A DNA stretch of 64,000 bases from Eledone cirrhosa (GCA_964016885.1 OZ024742.1:353028001-353092000), one strand, 5' to 3'; shown: positions 13,876-28,576, counted from the stretch's first letter. Made by a program: numbers and translations. Notes: generated by a model from the sequence alone, not told the origin.

Positions 13876-16005
13876 AAAAAGCTGCGAACTACTCATGGAA
13901 TTATTGTCAAAGCAAACAAAACCTCAAATGTGTATGCGCTGGATATAATACATACAATAGCTTCATACGGAAGGAATTACATAGGAAATACAGAAAAACC
14001 TACGAGACGGCATTGATAAATATCAACAACGAGACACACAATATAGTCAAACACCTAGGAATAGAGGATAGAACGGAGCCACTTATGACATGTACCCCCA
14101 TATTTAATCTCAAGGATCATAAGGTAAATTTTGATTATAACCCCACAATTAAACTTATATGCCCGTCCAAATCAGACATTGGGAAAATTTGTAAACATAT
14201 ATTAGACCGACTGATAGCACAACTGAATAATAAACTAGTGATTAAACTATGGGGTAACACTACCGAAACAATTAAATGGTTTAACATTATAGCTAACGAA
14301 AAAGTATCTATGTTCATACAATTTGACATTAACGACTATTATTCCTCTATATCACCCAATACCTTGGATACAGCCTTAGCAGTCGCCAAAGCCCGTTCTG
14401 ACCTGACAGACGACGAGATAAAAATGATACTAGCTGCTAGGAAAACAATAATTACATTTTAAAACGCCCATTGGGAACGTAAGGATAGATTAAATAACTT
14501 GGACATCACGATAGGGGCTAATGACTCGGCTGAAGTCACAGATTTAGTAGGTATTTACATAGTCCATAGTTAGAAAGGGAATTTAGCTACCTTCACGGTG
14601 TAATCTACAGCGACAACGCCCTTCTAGTTAAGAACCTATATAACCAGAGCATAGAAAGACTGAGTAATAATATTAGAAATACTCTCGGGAAACTAGGCCT
14701 TAGCATAACATATGAATATAGCACTAAAATAATTAACTTTATAGACACTACACTTAACCTAAATACGAGACTTATAAGTTCTTTTCACAAGATTAATGAA
14801 AACTTAGCATACACCAAATGTAATTCGAATCACCCACTCTCCATAATTAAATCCGTTCCACGCAGCATATCCCTTAGGATATCTCGACTCTCGTCTAACC
14901 GACAAATTTTCGAGGAACACGCGGAGTACTACAATACCGCACTAGACAAGGCAGGCCACCTGGATAGTGTAGAATATATAGATGAAGCCTCCGCAAAGCA
15001 CACACGAACAGGCATAACACAAACTCCGGAAACCCACGCACACATGCATTTTCGCATAGAACTACAAATTATACTGAAAATAGAAATACACCATCAAAAT
15101 CAAACAAGTCACGCAGTAGAAAATATATTTGGTATAACCCCATATTTAACACCTCTATTAGTACCAACCTACCCTCTACCTTCTTTAGAATAATAATTAA
15201 GCACTTTCCAGATTCACATGGATACAGCAAAATCCTTAACACTAAATCTGTTAGACTATCTTACTCCACTGCACCAAACATAGAAGCACACATTAAGATG
15301 CTTAACGCTCTAAAAATACGTAACAACACCGGAACACAAATTTATAGCAATAAAAATAGAATTACCATCAAACACAACAGAATATCTAATACACAACCAC
15401 CTACTAATAGGCAAACAAAACGTAACACACTTTTACAGGCATCGCAGCCCATCAATAGTGGCAAAGTTGCATAATTGACAAAAAACTGTAATTGACACCT
15501 ACCTGAAACCTGTCCATTGCATAATTAACTGGTTTACCAATGCACAGTGGAATCATACAACCAGAAATGGTATTGCATCGGAGCGACTGGGAAGGCATTT
15601 AAAGCTCGTTGGTATACACACCGTTACGCAATGAACCATTCCCAACCTCGTTATGTAACAACCCTTGCGAACAAGACCTGGCAACTGAGGGAAAGTAACC
15701 ATCAATACACCCTGAAAGGAAGAATTATCGAACGCGCCACCCTATCGGAGTGGTATGAGAAGCTGTCGGTTATGTGACCTTGAGGTGTTCCACCTTTTGA
15801 GTTTGAAGAATAAGTTACTCAACAATAAAATCTAAATATCAATTTATTGTAACCATAGACTCAAAGAGAAGTGTTCGCACTACAAGTGCAAATCGAACCC
15901 TTAACCTCTTACTACCAACTGACAAACTGCAGATACTTAGGCTTTCTACCCTCTTAAATAGGTATTTATTTATGTCTAATATTTCTTCTTACTTTATAAT
16001 ATTAT
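13873..16005 (+). mobile_element. Decayed 5'-truncated Hydra-clade-like PLE (RT + GIY-YIG)
   Basis: LKDHKVNF..KLICPSKSDIGKI, FIQFDINDYYSSI, DITIGANDSAEVTDLVG, WYNPIFN, CN*....CPL, YCIGAT..FKARWYTH, CRLCDLE, with several stops and frameshifts; begins at a (TA)n tract. Confidence 0.9.
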
Positions 16006-16029
16006 ACACACACACACACACACACACAC

Positions 16030-16161
16030 GGCTAATTCCGTCGAAACGGCTTGAGCTCAGCCGTCGGGGTCTTACTTGTTCCTATTACCCACTCTACTAC
16101 CCTAAGTATTGAGTACTTTGGTGCGTTATGGTCCACCTGTTTAGTTACCACATTTCCTTCG

Positions 16162-16163
<2 letters not shown>
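16030..16163 (+). mobile_element. PLE 3'-end fragment, family F (3' half of HHR plus tail)
   Basis: GAAA-cggct-tgagctc-agccg-TC-gggg followed by a tail ending ttccttcgtt|(TA)n. Same sequence at 42503-42641, 54937-54995 and 63921-64000. Confidence 0.75.
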
Positions 16164-16198
<35 letters not shown>

Positions 16199-16241
16199 AA
16201 TATATATATATACATAAATATATATGTATATATATATATAT

Positions 16242-16860
16242 AACCAAAGTGTATATTGTTCGATGATTATTCAACGGATACAATTTTACAATAGATTAGA
16301 AGCACTCGACAATACATTTCTTTGGAGTTTTTAATATTATTCAAAATATTAATAAATTAAAAATATTCTCATAACCAAAATATATATTTTATTATATATA
16401 TTTCAAAGGTACAATGGTGTTTAAATACGTTTTCATCAGGTACAATATAAGAGAGATTGGATATGCGACATAACGCTACGGTTTTGATTATTTAATTCCA
16501 GTAGTGGTAGTGATTTATTTCAACAACACTCAACGATATACCACAAATAATATGGTAAACTTAGAGAAGAATAGGACGTAGAGCAAGGTAGAAATATAGA
16601 AGTGGAGGTGAGATGGAAGATACGAAGAAACAGAAGGGAAATAAATAAATAAATAAATAAATAGAAAAACAAGAGAAGATGTAGAGAGAAAAGAAGGCGA
16701 ATAAAAAACAGAAGAAAAGGGAAGATGCTGAGAGAAAAAAGAAATAAGAAGAGCAATAAAGAACAAGTGCAAAGGAAAGGATAAAATAGAGGGGAGAATA
16801 AAAAAAAACCGTTTTATTCAAATGCTAGACAAAATTGAAAATTCAAAATGTTCCCTAATA
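16242..16860 (-). mobile_element. PLE 3'-end fragment, family E, with HHR
   Basis: Reverse strand 16450-16382 reads CTGATGA-aaacgta..taccttt-GAAA-tatata-TA-ataaaatata; tail contains gagtgct. Partial copy at 38585-38662. Confidence 0.65.
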
Positions 16861-16869
16861 TTTATCAGT

Positions 16870-17400
16870 AGCTAAGATGCCGGTATGCCGGTTGAGCACT
16901 GTATGCTCTTACAGAGTAGACTATGGTATAATATAAAACGAAAAATCAGTGATGCATCTGAAATCAATTTATTGTGTTACAATTGTTTCGCCGGCGGACA
17001 GTCGAGACACGATCATTGTATGGATCTTGTCTGACTCTGGACATGCGGGCTCGTCGGACACGTCAAATGCTTTCGGAGCAAATTCTTTCACTGGGGTGTT
17101 TTCGTCAAAACTTTCATTAGGGTGTTGACGTAAAAAAACATCCACATCACGCGTTCCGTTTAGTGGCCTTTCTACGTCATCATAAATGTAACCAACTGGT
17201 GCCAATTCGGCTGACCATTGTGCCACACTTCGATGAATTACTGCTGGGTTTGGTAGTTCACACGTCCACGTGCGCACTCACACACACACATACACACACA
17301 CACAGACACACCCACACACAAACATACACACACTCATACACACACACACATTCCCAAAGAAAACAATATCCGTACGCATAGACTCCTGCTATACACACAG
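16870..17400 (-). mobile_element. PLE 3'-end fragment, family D, with long-stem-II HHR
   Basis: Reverse strand 17061-16974 reads gtgt-CCGACGA-gcc..(about 55 nt)..ggc-GAAA-caattg-TA-acac. Homologous copy in the opposite orientation at 30520-30995. Confidence 0.7.
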
Positions 17401-17550
17401 ACACACACACATATATATATATATACACACACATATATATAAAGATATGTATATATATACACATATATATACACACACATACATACATACATGTTTATAC
17501 ACACACCCATACACACACACATATATACATCTATATATAAACACACACAC

Positions 17551-17595
<45 letters not shown>

Positions 17596-17601
<6 letters not shown>

Positions 17602-20600
17602 TAAACGGAATAGAAAATGCTGACAAATTGTTCACAGTTGAAAAATGGTTTAATTAGGAATAAAAGTGTATTAGTAATTGTATGGGTTAGTATTCAGTTG
17701 TGGTTTTAAGTTTTTAAGATTTTTACCGGTTGCGCATTTCTAAATGCTTTTCAAAAATAATACCACCACCGTGAGAAATGTAACAAGCTCGGCGCTTCAA
17801 GGGAACAGCAAGATAATTACCATTTTCTCAACTCTCGCTTTCACAATACACAACAAACCCACACGATACAACCAACAACGTAGGCCACTTGTAACACCAC
17901 AATACAACATGGCACATAGAAACACACACCCATACTCGCAGTACAGGAACACCCCATTCAACTACAACCACCAACCCGAACCACATTTTACAACAACAAG
18001 GAATATAATAAACACAGGAGACCACTTAACATTAGCAGACAACCCCTCTACGCCAACCATTTTTTAGACACAGCACACAGACACAGGCAAACAAAATAAC
18101 ACAAGACAGGGGGAGAAACCGATAGTAATAAAAATTATCAATCTTACTAGTGCAGAACCAACACCCAACCTTATCAACTTACTCTCCAACGGTCTTAAAT
18201 TCACACCGACCCCACTACGTCCTAACTACTATGAAATGAAGGAAGACATCACAGACTTCTGTAGAAAGTTACGACTTAGTGAACAACTATTCGACCAGTA
18301 CAATGAGGATGAATCATTAGCCAGAAATATAAGCAATTACACCCCTTCAAAAGGTAGAAATAAAATCCTGGACGAATTCTGTGAACACATCACAAACTTC
18401 CCTTACCAACACTTGCACAGACAAAAACACAAGCCAAGGCTCAACAAGAAAGAATGGGAAGAATTAAATAGATTAAAATCCGAGAGAACAATTACAATTA
18501 AAGAGGCTGATAAAGGGAGTACAGTAGTCCTAATGGAGACAGAATTCTATATCAACTTAGCGCTCTCCACTTTGGAAAACGAAACATACTACGAAAAGGC
18601 TGAACACTACAATCAACAGAAAATTATGAGAAACCTAAAAACTCTAATCAACCAATACAAAGAAGGACGCACTAACAAGGAATTCAGCTTCATCACAGAC
18701 TTCACAAGTAAATCGAGCCTTTTCTACGGTATCCCTAAAGTACATAAAAGCGAATCAATAAGTAAGGCATGCAAGGCAGCCACAGACATAGTCATCAATG
18801 TCCCCTCACCCAATGATCTCAAATTAAGACCTATAATAGCAGGCCCCGCTTGCGAAACCCACCGCCTTAGCATCTTCATTGATACCCTTCTCAAACCCTT
18901 CCTCAAACACATCAAAACTATATAAGGGACGACCTAGATATGCTCAATCACCTCCTAATATGCCACTTTCTGAACAAACCCTACTAGTGACGTTCTATGT
19001 AGTCAACATATACTCCAACATCCCCCACAACCTAGGAATAGAAGCTATCCAATACTGGCTGGATAATTTCCACAATGAACTCCCACAACGCATCAACAAA
19101 TAATTCGTGATAGAGGGACTCACATTTATCTTGGAGAAAAATTATTTCGTTTTCAATAACAAACCCTACAGGCAGAAATCTGGGACCGCTATGGGAACGA
19201 AAACAGCCCCCACTTATGCCAACCTAGTCATGGGATACCTGGATATCACCCCCAACATTAAAGTCCTAAACAAATTTGGAAACACCCTCCACTTACACAT
19301 TGAAAAGAACTTCAAGCGATATATAGATGACTGCTTCATCCTTTGGCACGAAAACATCGAAAAACCTAAAGAATTTCACACCCTTATGAATGGGCTCAAC
19401 ACGAATATTAACTTCACGATGGAATACAGCCATCAACAACTCCCCTTCCTCGACATCCTCATTAAGATCCATAACAAAAAAATAGAAACAGACATATACT
19501 ACAAGCCCACAGACTCCAAGCAATATCTCCCTTTCAACTCTTGCCACCCTAGACACGTTAAAATTAATATTCCCTACAACTTAGCCAAGAGAATCTGTAC
19601 TATAGTCTCCAATAAAAAACATCTGCTACTTACGGCTACAAGAACGAAAGGACACACTCATAGGCAGGGACTACCCTGCATCACTAATTGACAATGGAAT
19701 CCAACGTGCCCTAAAACTCAGTACCCAGGACCTTAGACACCCTAAAGTAAATCAACCGAAACTAAAAGCTCTTCGATACATCTCCACACACAACCCCCTC
19801 AACAATGAGGTCTTTGACACCATCCTCCAGAACATCGCTGTGTTGAAAAAGGACCATAGAATGAACCAAATCCTACGAACACACGATATCATAAAGAGCA
19901 AAATACAATCCAAGTCAATGAAAAACATCCTAACACATGCCAAAGTACTGCCAACAACGAAACCCACAGTAAAAAAATGCGATTGACCCAACTGTGGCAT
20001 TTGCATCAACCTAATAGAGGGTTCGGAATTCTATTTCAAAGAAGGATAACGTTTTATAGTAAACCACAATTTCACATGTGAATCGGAAAATTTAATATAT
20101 GTATTAACTTGCTCAGGTTGTCGAGAACAATACATAGGCCAGACCAAACAGCAGCCTCCGCCAACGCATGACTGTCCATAGATCCCAAATTAAAATACGG
20201 GAGTACAGGAAAATACCACTGAGTGAACACATTGATACCTGTGCCGCCAAAAATCATCCCAACTTCAGAATCTTTCCCCTCTACAAATTTAAAGATAATG
20301 CCACCCACACCCAGCGCATTAGCAAGGGATCTTACATCATTAACAAATACGGACCCCGTCTAAACACTTGTCCTTAAGACGAACCCACAACATACACACG
20401 TCAACATACATACCTACATCAGCATACACCTCTACCCACATATAAACACAATGACATACGTAAACACACATGCTCTATGGTGCAACACAAAAAAATATAT
20501 GTGTATATATATATATATATATATAGTGAATATATGTATGTGTATATATATATAGTGAATATCATTTCACAACTTTTATTGTTAAGATTTTTGATGTTCT

Positions 20601-20785
20601 ATTAAGAGAACCGATGTTAATGAAAAAAATCGAATAATGTACACCATTTTACCAGGGGGAAACAATACTGGTCCACCCACACACAGACACACACGCATTC
20701 TCTCACACACACAGACACACATATATACACACACACATACACACGCGTACAGTAACATCATCCCTGCTACCACTAATTACTCTGC

Positions 20786-20824
<39 letters not shown>

Positions 20825-21535
20825 ACACTTATCTTAATAGCCATTTTACACACATCCCTGCTAACCATTATCACAACATCGAAGGGCGGTGGATTGGTAG
20901 TATCGGTAGAGGGTCGGACACCATGCTTTGCAGCAAAGAGTTACGGCCCTTGCCATTCTGAGTTCAAATCCCGCCGAGGTTAACTTTGCCTTTCATCCTT
21001 ACGGGATCGATAAAATAAAGTACCAGTAATGTACTGGGTATTTGCTGGCCTTGTGCAAAAAGTAGAAACAATTATCACAACATCGAACACCTTACTACTA
21101 CTACACACACACACACACACACACATATTTGTTGTGAAAGAGTCATTTCTCAATCTTGGCGCAAAGCCAATTTTTTATTCACATGACCTCTACCGACCAA
21201 TCAAAATTGTTTTGACCACAAGAATTTTTGCAACACCAAAGTAGCGCTGGAGCCACTTTTTTAACATAAAATCAGGTAGAATTTCCCAAACTAATCAGAT
21301 CAGAGCAAACAACACGGACACTCTATCTCAAAATTATTTTTGAAAAGCATTTAGAAATGCGCAACCGGTAAGAACTTTAAAACTTAAAACCACAACTGAA
21401 TACTAACCCATACAATTACTAATACTCTTTTATTCCTAATTAAACCATTTTTCAACTGTGAACAATTTGTCAGCATTTTCTATTCCGTTTACCAATATAT
21501 AATAACTTGTGTGTTACACCTCTATTCGTTTAACT
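17596..21535 (+). mobile_element. Neptune-like PLE with inverted 5' pLTR and 36-bp 3' tail
   Basis: Frames 18130-20377 give GLKFTPTP, ADKGS, PKVHK, LRPIIAG, GTAMGTKTAPTYANL, KRYIDD, PFLDI, KCD*PNCGIC, LIYVLTCSGCREQYIGQT. 17596-17762 is the inverse of 21333-21498; tail 21499-21535; (TA)n flanks. Confidence 0.95.
20884..21070 (+). mobile_element. tRNA-derived SINE nested in PLE 3' region, with 17-bp TSD
   Basis: Same family as 12685. TSD attatcacaacatcgaa at 20867-20883 and 21071-21087. Confidence 0.92.
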
Positions 21536-21687
21536 ATATATATATATATATATATACATATATATTCACACACGCACATATATATATATACACATATATC
21601 TATACCAACGTTCACACATACATATATACACACCCACACATACATAGATATACATACATGCACATACACACACACATATATATATAC

Positions 21688-21722
<35 letters not shown>

Positions 21723-21740
21723 TATACACACTCATATATC

Positions 21741-21794
<54 letters not shown>

Positions 21795-23833
21795 GGAGGT
21801 GAGTTTTATTGTAGTACAATAAAGCAATGTAGATATCGGATAAGAAGCACTCTACAGTTTGTGGGACTGGAGTATGCATAATATAAGATCAAAAGATGGT
21901 TAAAGGAGTTCAATATATTTTATTATGCGCATTTCAAAAACAAACATCATCAAACAATAATATTTGTGTTTTCATCAGATAAAACAGGAGAACATGATAT
22001 GAAGGCTAAAAAAACACTTGTTGATAGTGCAGTTTTAAATCAACATATGAAAAGTGGTTTTAGATTGATGTGTGATATTGGGAAAAATATTTTATTTAGA
22101 GAGGGGGGGAGAGAAAAGGATGAAAAGGGAAGGAGATGAGAGGGAGAGATGGGTGATAGAGAGAAAGAGATAGTTTTTATAACTGAGAGGAGATATATTT
22201 TATATAGAGGGGTTGAAATCCGTTGGAAGATACTGTATAAATTAAAAATTTTGAAAATTAACGAAGGGAGAATATGTGCGAGGAAAAAATATATTATATT
22301 TAGGGAGGGGGGGGGTTTGGAAAGGATGAAAAAAAGGGGAGGAGATGAGAGTGAAGGTGGAAAGGGAGAGATGGGTGATAGAGAGAAAGAGATAGTTTTT
22401 ATAACTGAGAAAAAGATATAATGTTTTAATATAGAGAGGTTGGGAACCGTTGGAAGATAATGTATAAATTAAAGGAATTTGAAAATTAACGAAGGGAAAT
22501 TATGTATGAAGATAGAGAGAAAAAAATAATAATTGTGGGTGAATATTCTAACGTCAAAAGAAGAAATGTAGGAATTTTAAAATTAGCAAAGAGAAAAAGT
22601 TTATGTGTAGAAGGATTTGAGAAAAATAATGTAAAGTTAAAGTTTGTATATTGAATTCATATGTATTAATAATGAGTTCGTTGATGGGGAGAAAAAAATA
22701 ATAATAAATTAAGGATGAAATTGAGATTAAAAAGATTTATGATAGAGAGAAAAAATAATAATGATTGCGGATGAATACTCAAAATGTCAAAAACAAATGT
22801 TATTGTTTTACGAGGAGATAGAATGAGGGTGATGAGTAAACGAGTATTATAGAGTGTATAATGCCCTTTAAAGTAAGGTAGATGGGTATATTTTAAAGAA
22901 TATATGAGTATATATTAAAAAAATATATAATAATAAATTAAGGATGAAATTGAGATTAAAAAGATTTATGATAGAGGGAAAAAAATAATAATGATTGCGG
23001 ATGAATATTCAAAATGTCAAAAACAAATGTTATTGTTTTACGAGAAGATAGGATGAGGGTAATGAATAAACGAGTATTATAGAGTGTATAATGCCCTTTA
23101 AAGTAAGGTAGATGGGTATATTTTAAAGAGGTGTATGTATATGTGCCTTTGAGAAAAGATTCTAAATTGATAAAGAATTGAATATTAACTGTATACTTTG
23201 TGAAAAGTTCTATGGAATTTATGCAAGCAGATGGAAAACAAATCCGAGCGTCTATTTATTATGGATTCTAGGTTAGAGATAATGGTAAATTTTTCATTTA
23301 GGCAGAGATTACAGATTTTAGATAGAGAGCTGTTCAAGTACGAGGATGCAGGAGAAATCTTTTTCCAAAAGATGTTATATTTAATGTTTTTGTCTTTTAA
23401 GGACCATATGAGTTCTGAGAGAGCAGTGTTAGTTCTTTTAAGTTTGTATTTGAAAGATGAATGATGATTATAGAGACGAGCTTTAAAAGAGGTGGAAGTG
23501 GAGCCAAAATAGGTGAAGGAATTGGTGCTAGTTATAATTTTACATTCATAAATTAAGTTTTTATCGTGGCAATGGTTGTTGAGAGGACATTTATTTTTAA
23601 TGCGGCAGTTGCAATTAGAGAGATTATTAATGAGTGATCTAGTGTTATCTATAGAAGGAATTGGATTGGAGAAGTTGTTTGCGATAGGAATAATAGGAAT
23701 AATAGTTTCTTGATTTAGAGTTGGATTATGAACATTTAGCGAAGTTGCGTTTGACGTTGCATTTGGGTTTAGAGAAGTTAGCCTAGGGTTTATAATGACG
23801 TCAGGAGTACTATTATTGTTATTATGAAATTCA

Positions 23834-24625
23834 TGCTTCCCTCCCTCACATATCTATAGTAAAATATTTAACAAACACACCATCAAATTTTCGTATTCTA
23901 CATCCTCCAATATTTCCAACATCATCTCTAAACACAACAACAAAATATTAAATACTAAATCTCTTCCTTCCAATATTGAATTTCATAATAACAATAATAG
24001 TACTCCTGACGTCATTATAAACCCTAGGCTAACTTCTCTAAACCCAAATGCAACGTCAAACGCAACTTCGCTAAATGTTCATAATCCAACTCTAAATCAA
24101 GAAACTATTATTCCTATTATTCCTATCGCAAACAACTTCTCCAATCCAATTCCTTCTATAGATAACACTAGATCACTCATTAATAATCTCTCTAATTGCA
24201 ACTGCCGCATTAAAAATAAATGTCCTCTCAACAACCATTGCCTCGATAAAAACTTAATTTATGAATGTAAAATTATAACTAGCACCAATTCCTTCACCTA
24301 TTTTGGCTCCACTTCCACCTCTTTTAAAGCTCGTCTCTATAATCATCATTCATCTTTCAAATACAAACTTAAAAGAACTAACACTGCTCTCTCAGAACTC
24401 ATATGGTCCTTAAAAGACAAAAACATTAAATATAACATCTTTTGGAAAAAGATTTCTTCTGCATCCTCGTACTTGAACAGCTCTCTATCTAAAATCTGTA
24501 ATCTCTGCCTAAATGAAAAATTTACCATTATCTCTAACCTAGAATCCATAATAAATAGACGCTCGGATTTGTTTTCCATCTGCCTGCATAAATTCCATAG
24601 AACTTTTCACAAAGTATACAGTTAA
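23834..24625 (+). pseudogene. 5'-truncated but uninterrupted PLE ORF end (linker + GIY-YIG endonuclease), no start codon, missed by the ORF track
   Basis: Manual translation, 264 codons including the stop: FPPSHIYSKIFNKHTIKFSYS..CNCRIKNKCPLNNHCLDKNLIYEC..YFGSTSTSFKARLYNH..TALSELIWSLKD..CNLCLNEK..NRRSDLFSICLH. Confidence 0.9.
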
Positions 24626-25822
24626 TATTCAATTCTTTATCAATTTAGAATCTTTTCTCAAAGGCACATATACATACACCTCTTTAAAATATACCCATCT
24701 ACCTTACTTTAAAGGGCATTATACACTCTATAATACTCGTTTATTCATTACCCTCATCCTATCTTCTCGTAAAACAATAACATTTGTTTTTGACATTTTG
24801 AATATTCATCCGCAATCATTATTATTTTTTTCCCTCTATCATAAATCTTTTTAATCTCAATTTCATCCTTAATTTATTATTATATATTTTTTTAATATAT
24901 ACTCATATATTCTTTAAAATATACCCATCTACCTTACTTTAAAGGGCATTATACACTCTATAATACTCGTTTACTCATCACCCTCATTCTATCTCCTCGT
25001 AAACCAATAACATTTGTTTTTGACATTTTGAGTATTCATCCGCAATCATTATTATTTTTTCTCTCTATCATAAATCTTTTTAATCTCAATTTCATCCTTA
25101 ATTTATTATTATTTTTTTCTCCCCATCAACGAACTCATTATTAATACATATGAATTCAATATACAAACTTTAACTTCACATTATTTTTCTCAAATCCTTC
25201 TACACATAAACTTTTTCTCTTTGCTAATTTTAAAATTCCTACATTTCTTCTTTTGACGTTAGAATATTCACCCACAATTATTATTTTTTTCTCTCTATCT
25301 TCATACATAATTTCCCTTCGTTAATTTTCAAATTCCTTTAATTTATACATTATCTTCCAACGGTTCCCAACCTCTCTATATTAAAACATTATATCTTTTT
25401 CTCAGTTATAAAAACTATCTCTTTCTCTCTATCACCCATCTCTCCCTTTCCACCTTCACTCTCATCTCCTCCCCTTTTTTTCATCCTTTCCACCCCCCCC
25501 CCTCCCTAAATATAATATATTTTTTCCTCGCACATATCCTCCCTTCGTTAATTTTCAAAATTTTTAATTTATACAGTATCTTCCAACGGTTTTCAACCCC
25601 TCTATATAAAATATATCTCCTCTCAGTTATAAAAACTATCTCTTTCTCTCTATCACCCATCTCTCCCTCTCATCTCCTTCCCTTTTCATCCTTTTCTCTC
25701 CCCCCCTCTCTAAATAAAATATTTTTCCCAATATCACACATCAATCTAAAACCACTTTTCATATGTTGATTTAAAACTGCACTATCAACAAGTGTTTTTT
25801 TAGCCTTCATATCATGTTCTCC

Positions 25823-25893
25823 TGTTTTATCTGATGAAAACACAAATATTATTGTTTGATGATGTTTGTTTTTGAAATGCGCATAATAAAATA
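25823..25893 (+). ncRNA. Type I hammerhead ribozyme of the 4.1-kb palindrome (mirror copy 21916-21986 on -)
   Basis: tgttttat-CTGATGA-aaacacaaatatta..tgatgtttgttttt-GAAA-tgcgca-TA-ataaaata; palindromic stem III ATGCGCAT. Confidence 0.82.
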
Positions 25894-25950
25894 TATTGAA
25901 CTCCTTTAACCATCTTTTGATCTTATATTATATATATATATATATATATA

Positions 25951-26632
25951 GAGAGATAATTTAATATATCAACTAACATAAGCGCACAGATGCACGTCCA
26001 TGCCAGCAAATACACAGGTTATGTCATAGTACCTATTAAAAAAAAAAAAAAAATGTTTAAAAGTTATTTTCTTATTTTACGTCTTTTATATTATTGTTCT
26101 GCATCCTCCTGCATTGAACCACCTAGGTACTATGACATAACCTGTGTATTTGCTGGCATGGACGTGCATCTGTACGCTTATGTTAGTTGATATATTAAAT
26201 TATCTATATTTATCTCCAAATCACTGATTTGTCGAGCAAACCTGCCAAAACCACTTATAAATTTTTTGGGGTGTTAGTAGGCGTCAGTCATCTTACCATC
26301 CCATTCCTTCTAACTAGCCTCTGTGTCACGTGATTGATTCTTTAGAATCGGCCATTTGACTAGAAGCAGTGAGAATTTCAGTACATAGAATCCGGTCCTC
26401 GCCAGCTGTTATATCTACCGAATTATTATTATTTTTATATGAGCCGCCAGTGTCCGCGCATTGCCTGGAGACTCAGCTGAGAATATACTCCCTGATGACG
26501 CAATGAATTCTCGACAGTTGGATTACGTAACTGTCTTTATCCCATTGCAGAAACTAATTAGTTGGAGTGAAAATTTAAGTAAGTAAAAAAATGTTTGAAA
26601 AAATTTTTTAAAAGTTATTTTCTTGTTTTACG

Positions 26633-26638
<6 letters not shown>
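25951..26638 (+). mobile_element. RZ-A retrozyme-like insertion 2
   Basis: Inverted arm 25951-26035, then about 1.1 monomers (period about 550). Intact HHR actcc-CTGATGA-c-gcaatg..cattgc-a-GAAA-ctaattag-TT-ggagt at 26487-26568. Confidence 0.85.
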
Positions 26639-26699
<61 letters not shown>

Positions 26700-26710
<11 letters not shown>

Positions 26711-28070
26711 CCATATATACACATACGTATATACACGTATATAAAAAATAAACATGCGATATATTAAAGGTGTAGATATAACGTCCCATTGAGATATATA
26801 AAAAGAATGGGAAGTTGTATGCGCATAAGATATTACACAGGAAAAACATGATATATACAGAAAATATACAGACAATATAATATGTGCTATAAGATGGGAT
26901 ACGTGGAGAGTATGGACCCTCTATTGAAAAGATACACATGCATGGGGTTGCGTGGACCGTCGATACTGGAGTATGTGACTGTGGTTGAGCTATATTGTCC
27001 TGTAGGTGTAATGCATTTGACTGGAAGTCAGTGTAATCAGGGTCGGTCTGCATCGGCTCGGGCTATGTTCTTTCCTAGGATGACGTATGCATCCCGGGTT
27101 ATTTCGGTTTAACCCATGGGGCATATATTGAACGTGTAATTGCAGAGCGGAAACCCAGTGCCCCTGCAGGGAAGATGCCTGACGAAGGGCCTGTTATATA
27201 AATGCGTGGTTAGCACACACAATATGAAGCGCACCTACATCGGCGCAACAACCACGACCTTTATAACAACAGCAACACTTTCAAGGACCGGAGTAAGAGA
27301 CACTCTACTAGGCTGGCGGACTCTGTGTGGGACTTGAAAGACAAGGGCACCCCTTTTGCCCTTGACTGGAGTATCGTCCGGCACGCGAATGCATACTCGG
27401 CTGGAAACAGAAAGTGTAGGCTATGCCTATATGAGGCCATGGAGATAGTCCGACTGAAGGATGATGCGGTCCACTTGAAATCGGAAATAAGCATAACCTG
27501 CAGACACCAGAGAAGCTGCACACTCTCCGCATGGAATCCACCGGGATGCCTAGGCTAAAAGCTTGCGGCGCAGCGTGCGCCGATCAGAGCACCCAAACGG
27601 GATCAGACAGCCTTCCCTGATGACTATATACGTGGGGTAAAGCGAAATAACCCGGGATGCATGCTCGACTCTGCACGTCACCCTAGGAGAGAACATAGCC
27701 CGAGCCGGTGCAGGCCGATCCTGATTCCACTGACTTCCACTCAAATGCATTACACCTACAGGACAATATAGCTTAACCACAGACACATACTCCAGTATCG
27801 ACGGCCCACGCAACCCCGTGCATGTGTATCTTTTCAATAGAGAGTCCATACTCTCCACGTATCCCATATTGTAGCACATATTATATTGTCTGTATAGTTT
27901 CTGTATATCTCATGCTTCTTCTGTGTAATATCTTATGCGCATACACCTTCCTCATTCTTTTCATATATCTCTATGGGGCGTTATATTAACACCTGTAATA
28001 TATTGCATGTTTATTTTTTATATACGTGTACTTACGTATGTGTATATATGGATGTGTATATGTATATATA
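26700..28070. mobile_element. Older Hydra-clade-like PLE fold-back (GIY-YIG remnant between inverted arms)
   Basis: 26700-27118 is the diverged inverse of 27630-28065. The centre on + encodes CNC....CPLQGRCLTKGLLYKC..TYIGAT..WDLKD..CRLCLYE..CRH across frameshifts. Confidence 0.88.
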
Positions 28071-28490
28071 TGTAGATATATAGGTATATATGTGTATGAT
28101 TATATTGTTTATATATGTGCATGCTTATAGCAAAATGCATGACCAATTCTATGACCCATTGCATATCCTTATATGACTCTGTGTATATATCCTATTTATA
28201 TATATATATATGTATATATTGTGTATATATCCTATATATATATATAAATGTATACATATATGTGTACGTGGATGTATGTATATGTATGTATGTGTGTGTG
28301 TGTATATATCTTTGTAGGCGTGCGTGGGCCCTTCTGTTAATATGCTCATATTTTGTATGAACGTATATGAGCCAGTGTGTGTGTGTGTGTGTGTGTGTAC
28401 AAGCACATAATGTAGCGAAAGGTCTTAATGGTGTGTATATATGTATGTGTGTACGTGGGTATTGATATGTGTTTATATATATATATATGT

Positions 28491-28576
<86 letters not shown>

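Larger units (their letters stand above)
21791..25930. mobile_element. Young Hydra-clade-like PLE forming a 4.1-kb palindrome
   Basis: Arms 21879-23833 and 23977-25930 differ at only a handful of visible sites; 143-bp spacer; 88-bp tail 21791-21878; outward-facing HHRs at 21916-21986(-) and 25823-25893(+); (TA)n flanks. Confidence 0.95.

Noticed and set aside
23231-24579. Duplicated 77-aa ORF MENKSERLF.. on both strands
   Set aside because: Antisense shadow of the GIY-YIG frame, duplicated by the palindrome.
27612-27660. HHR-like ttcc-CTGATGA..GAAA-taacccggga in the 26.7-28.1 kb element
   Set aside because: Stem II is poor and there is no NUH triplet; possibly a decayed HHR but not supportable.
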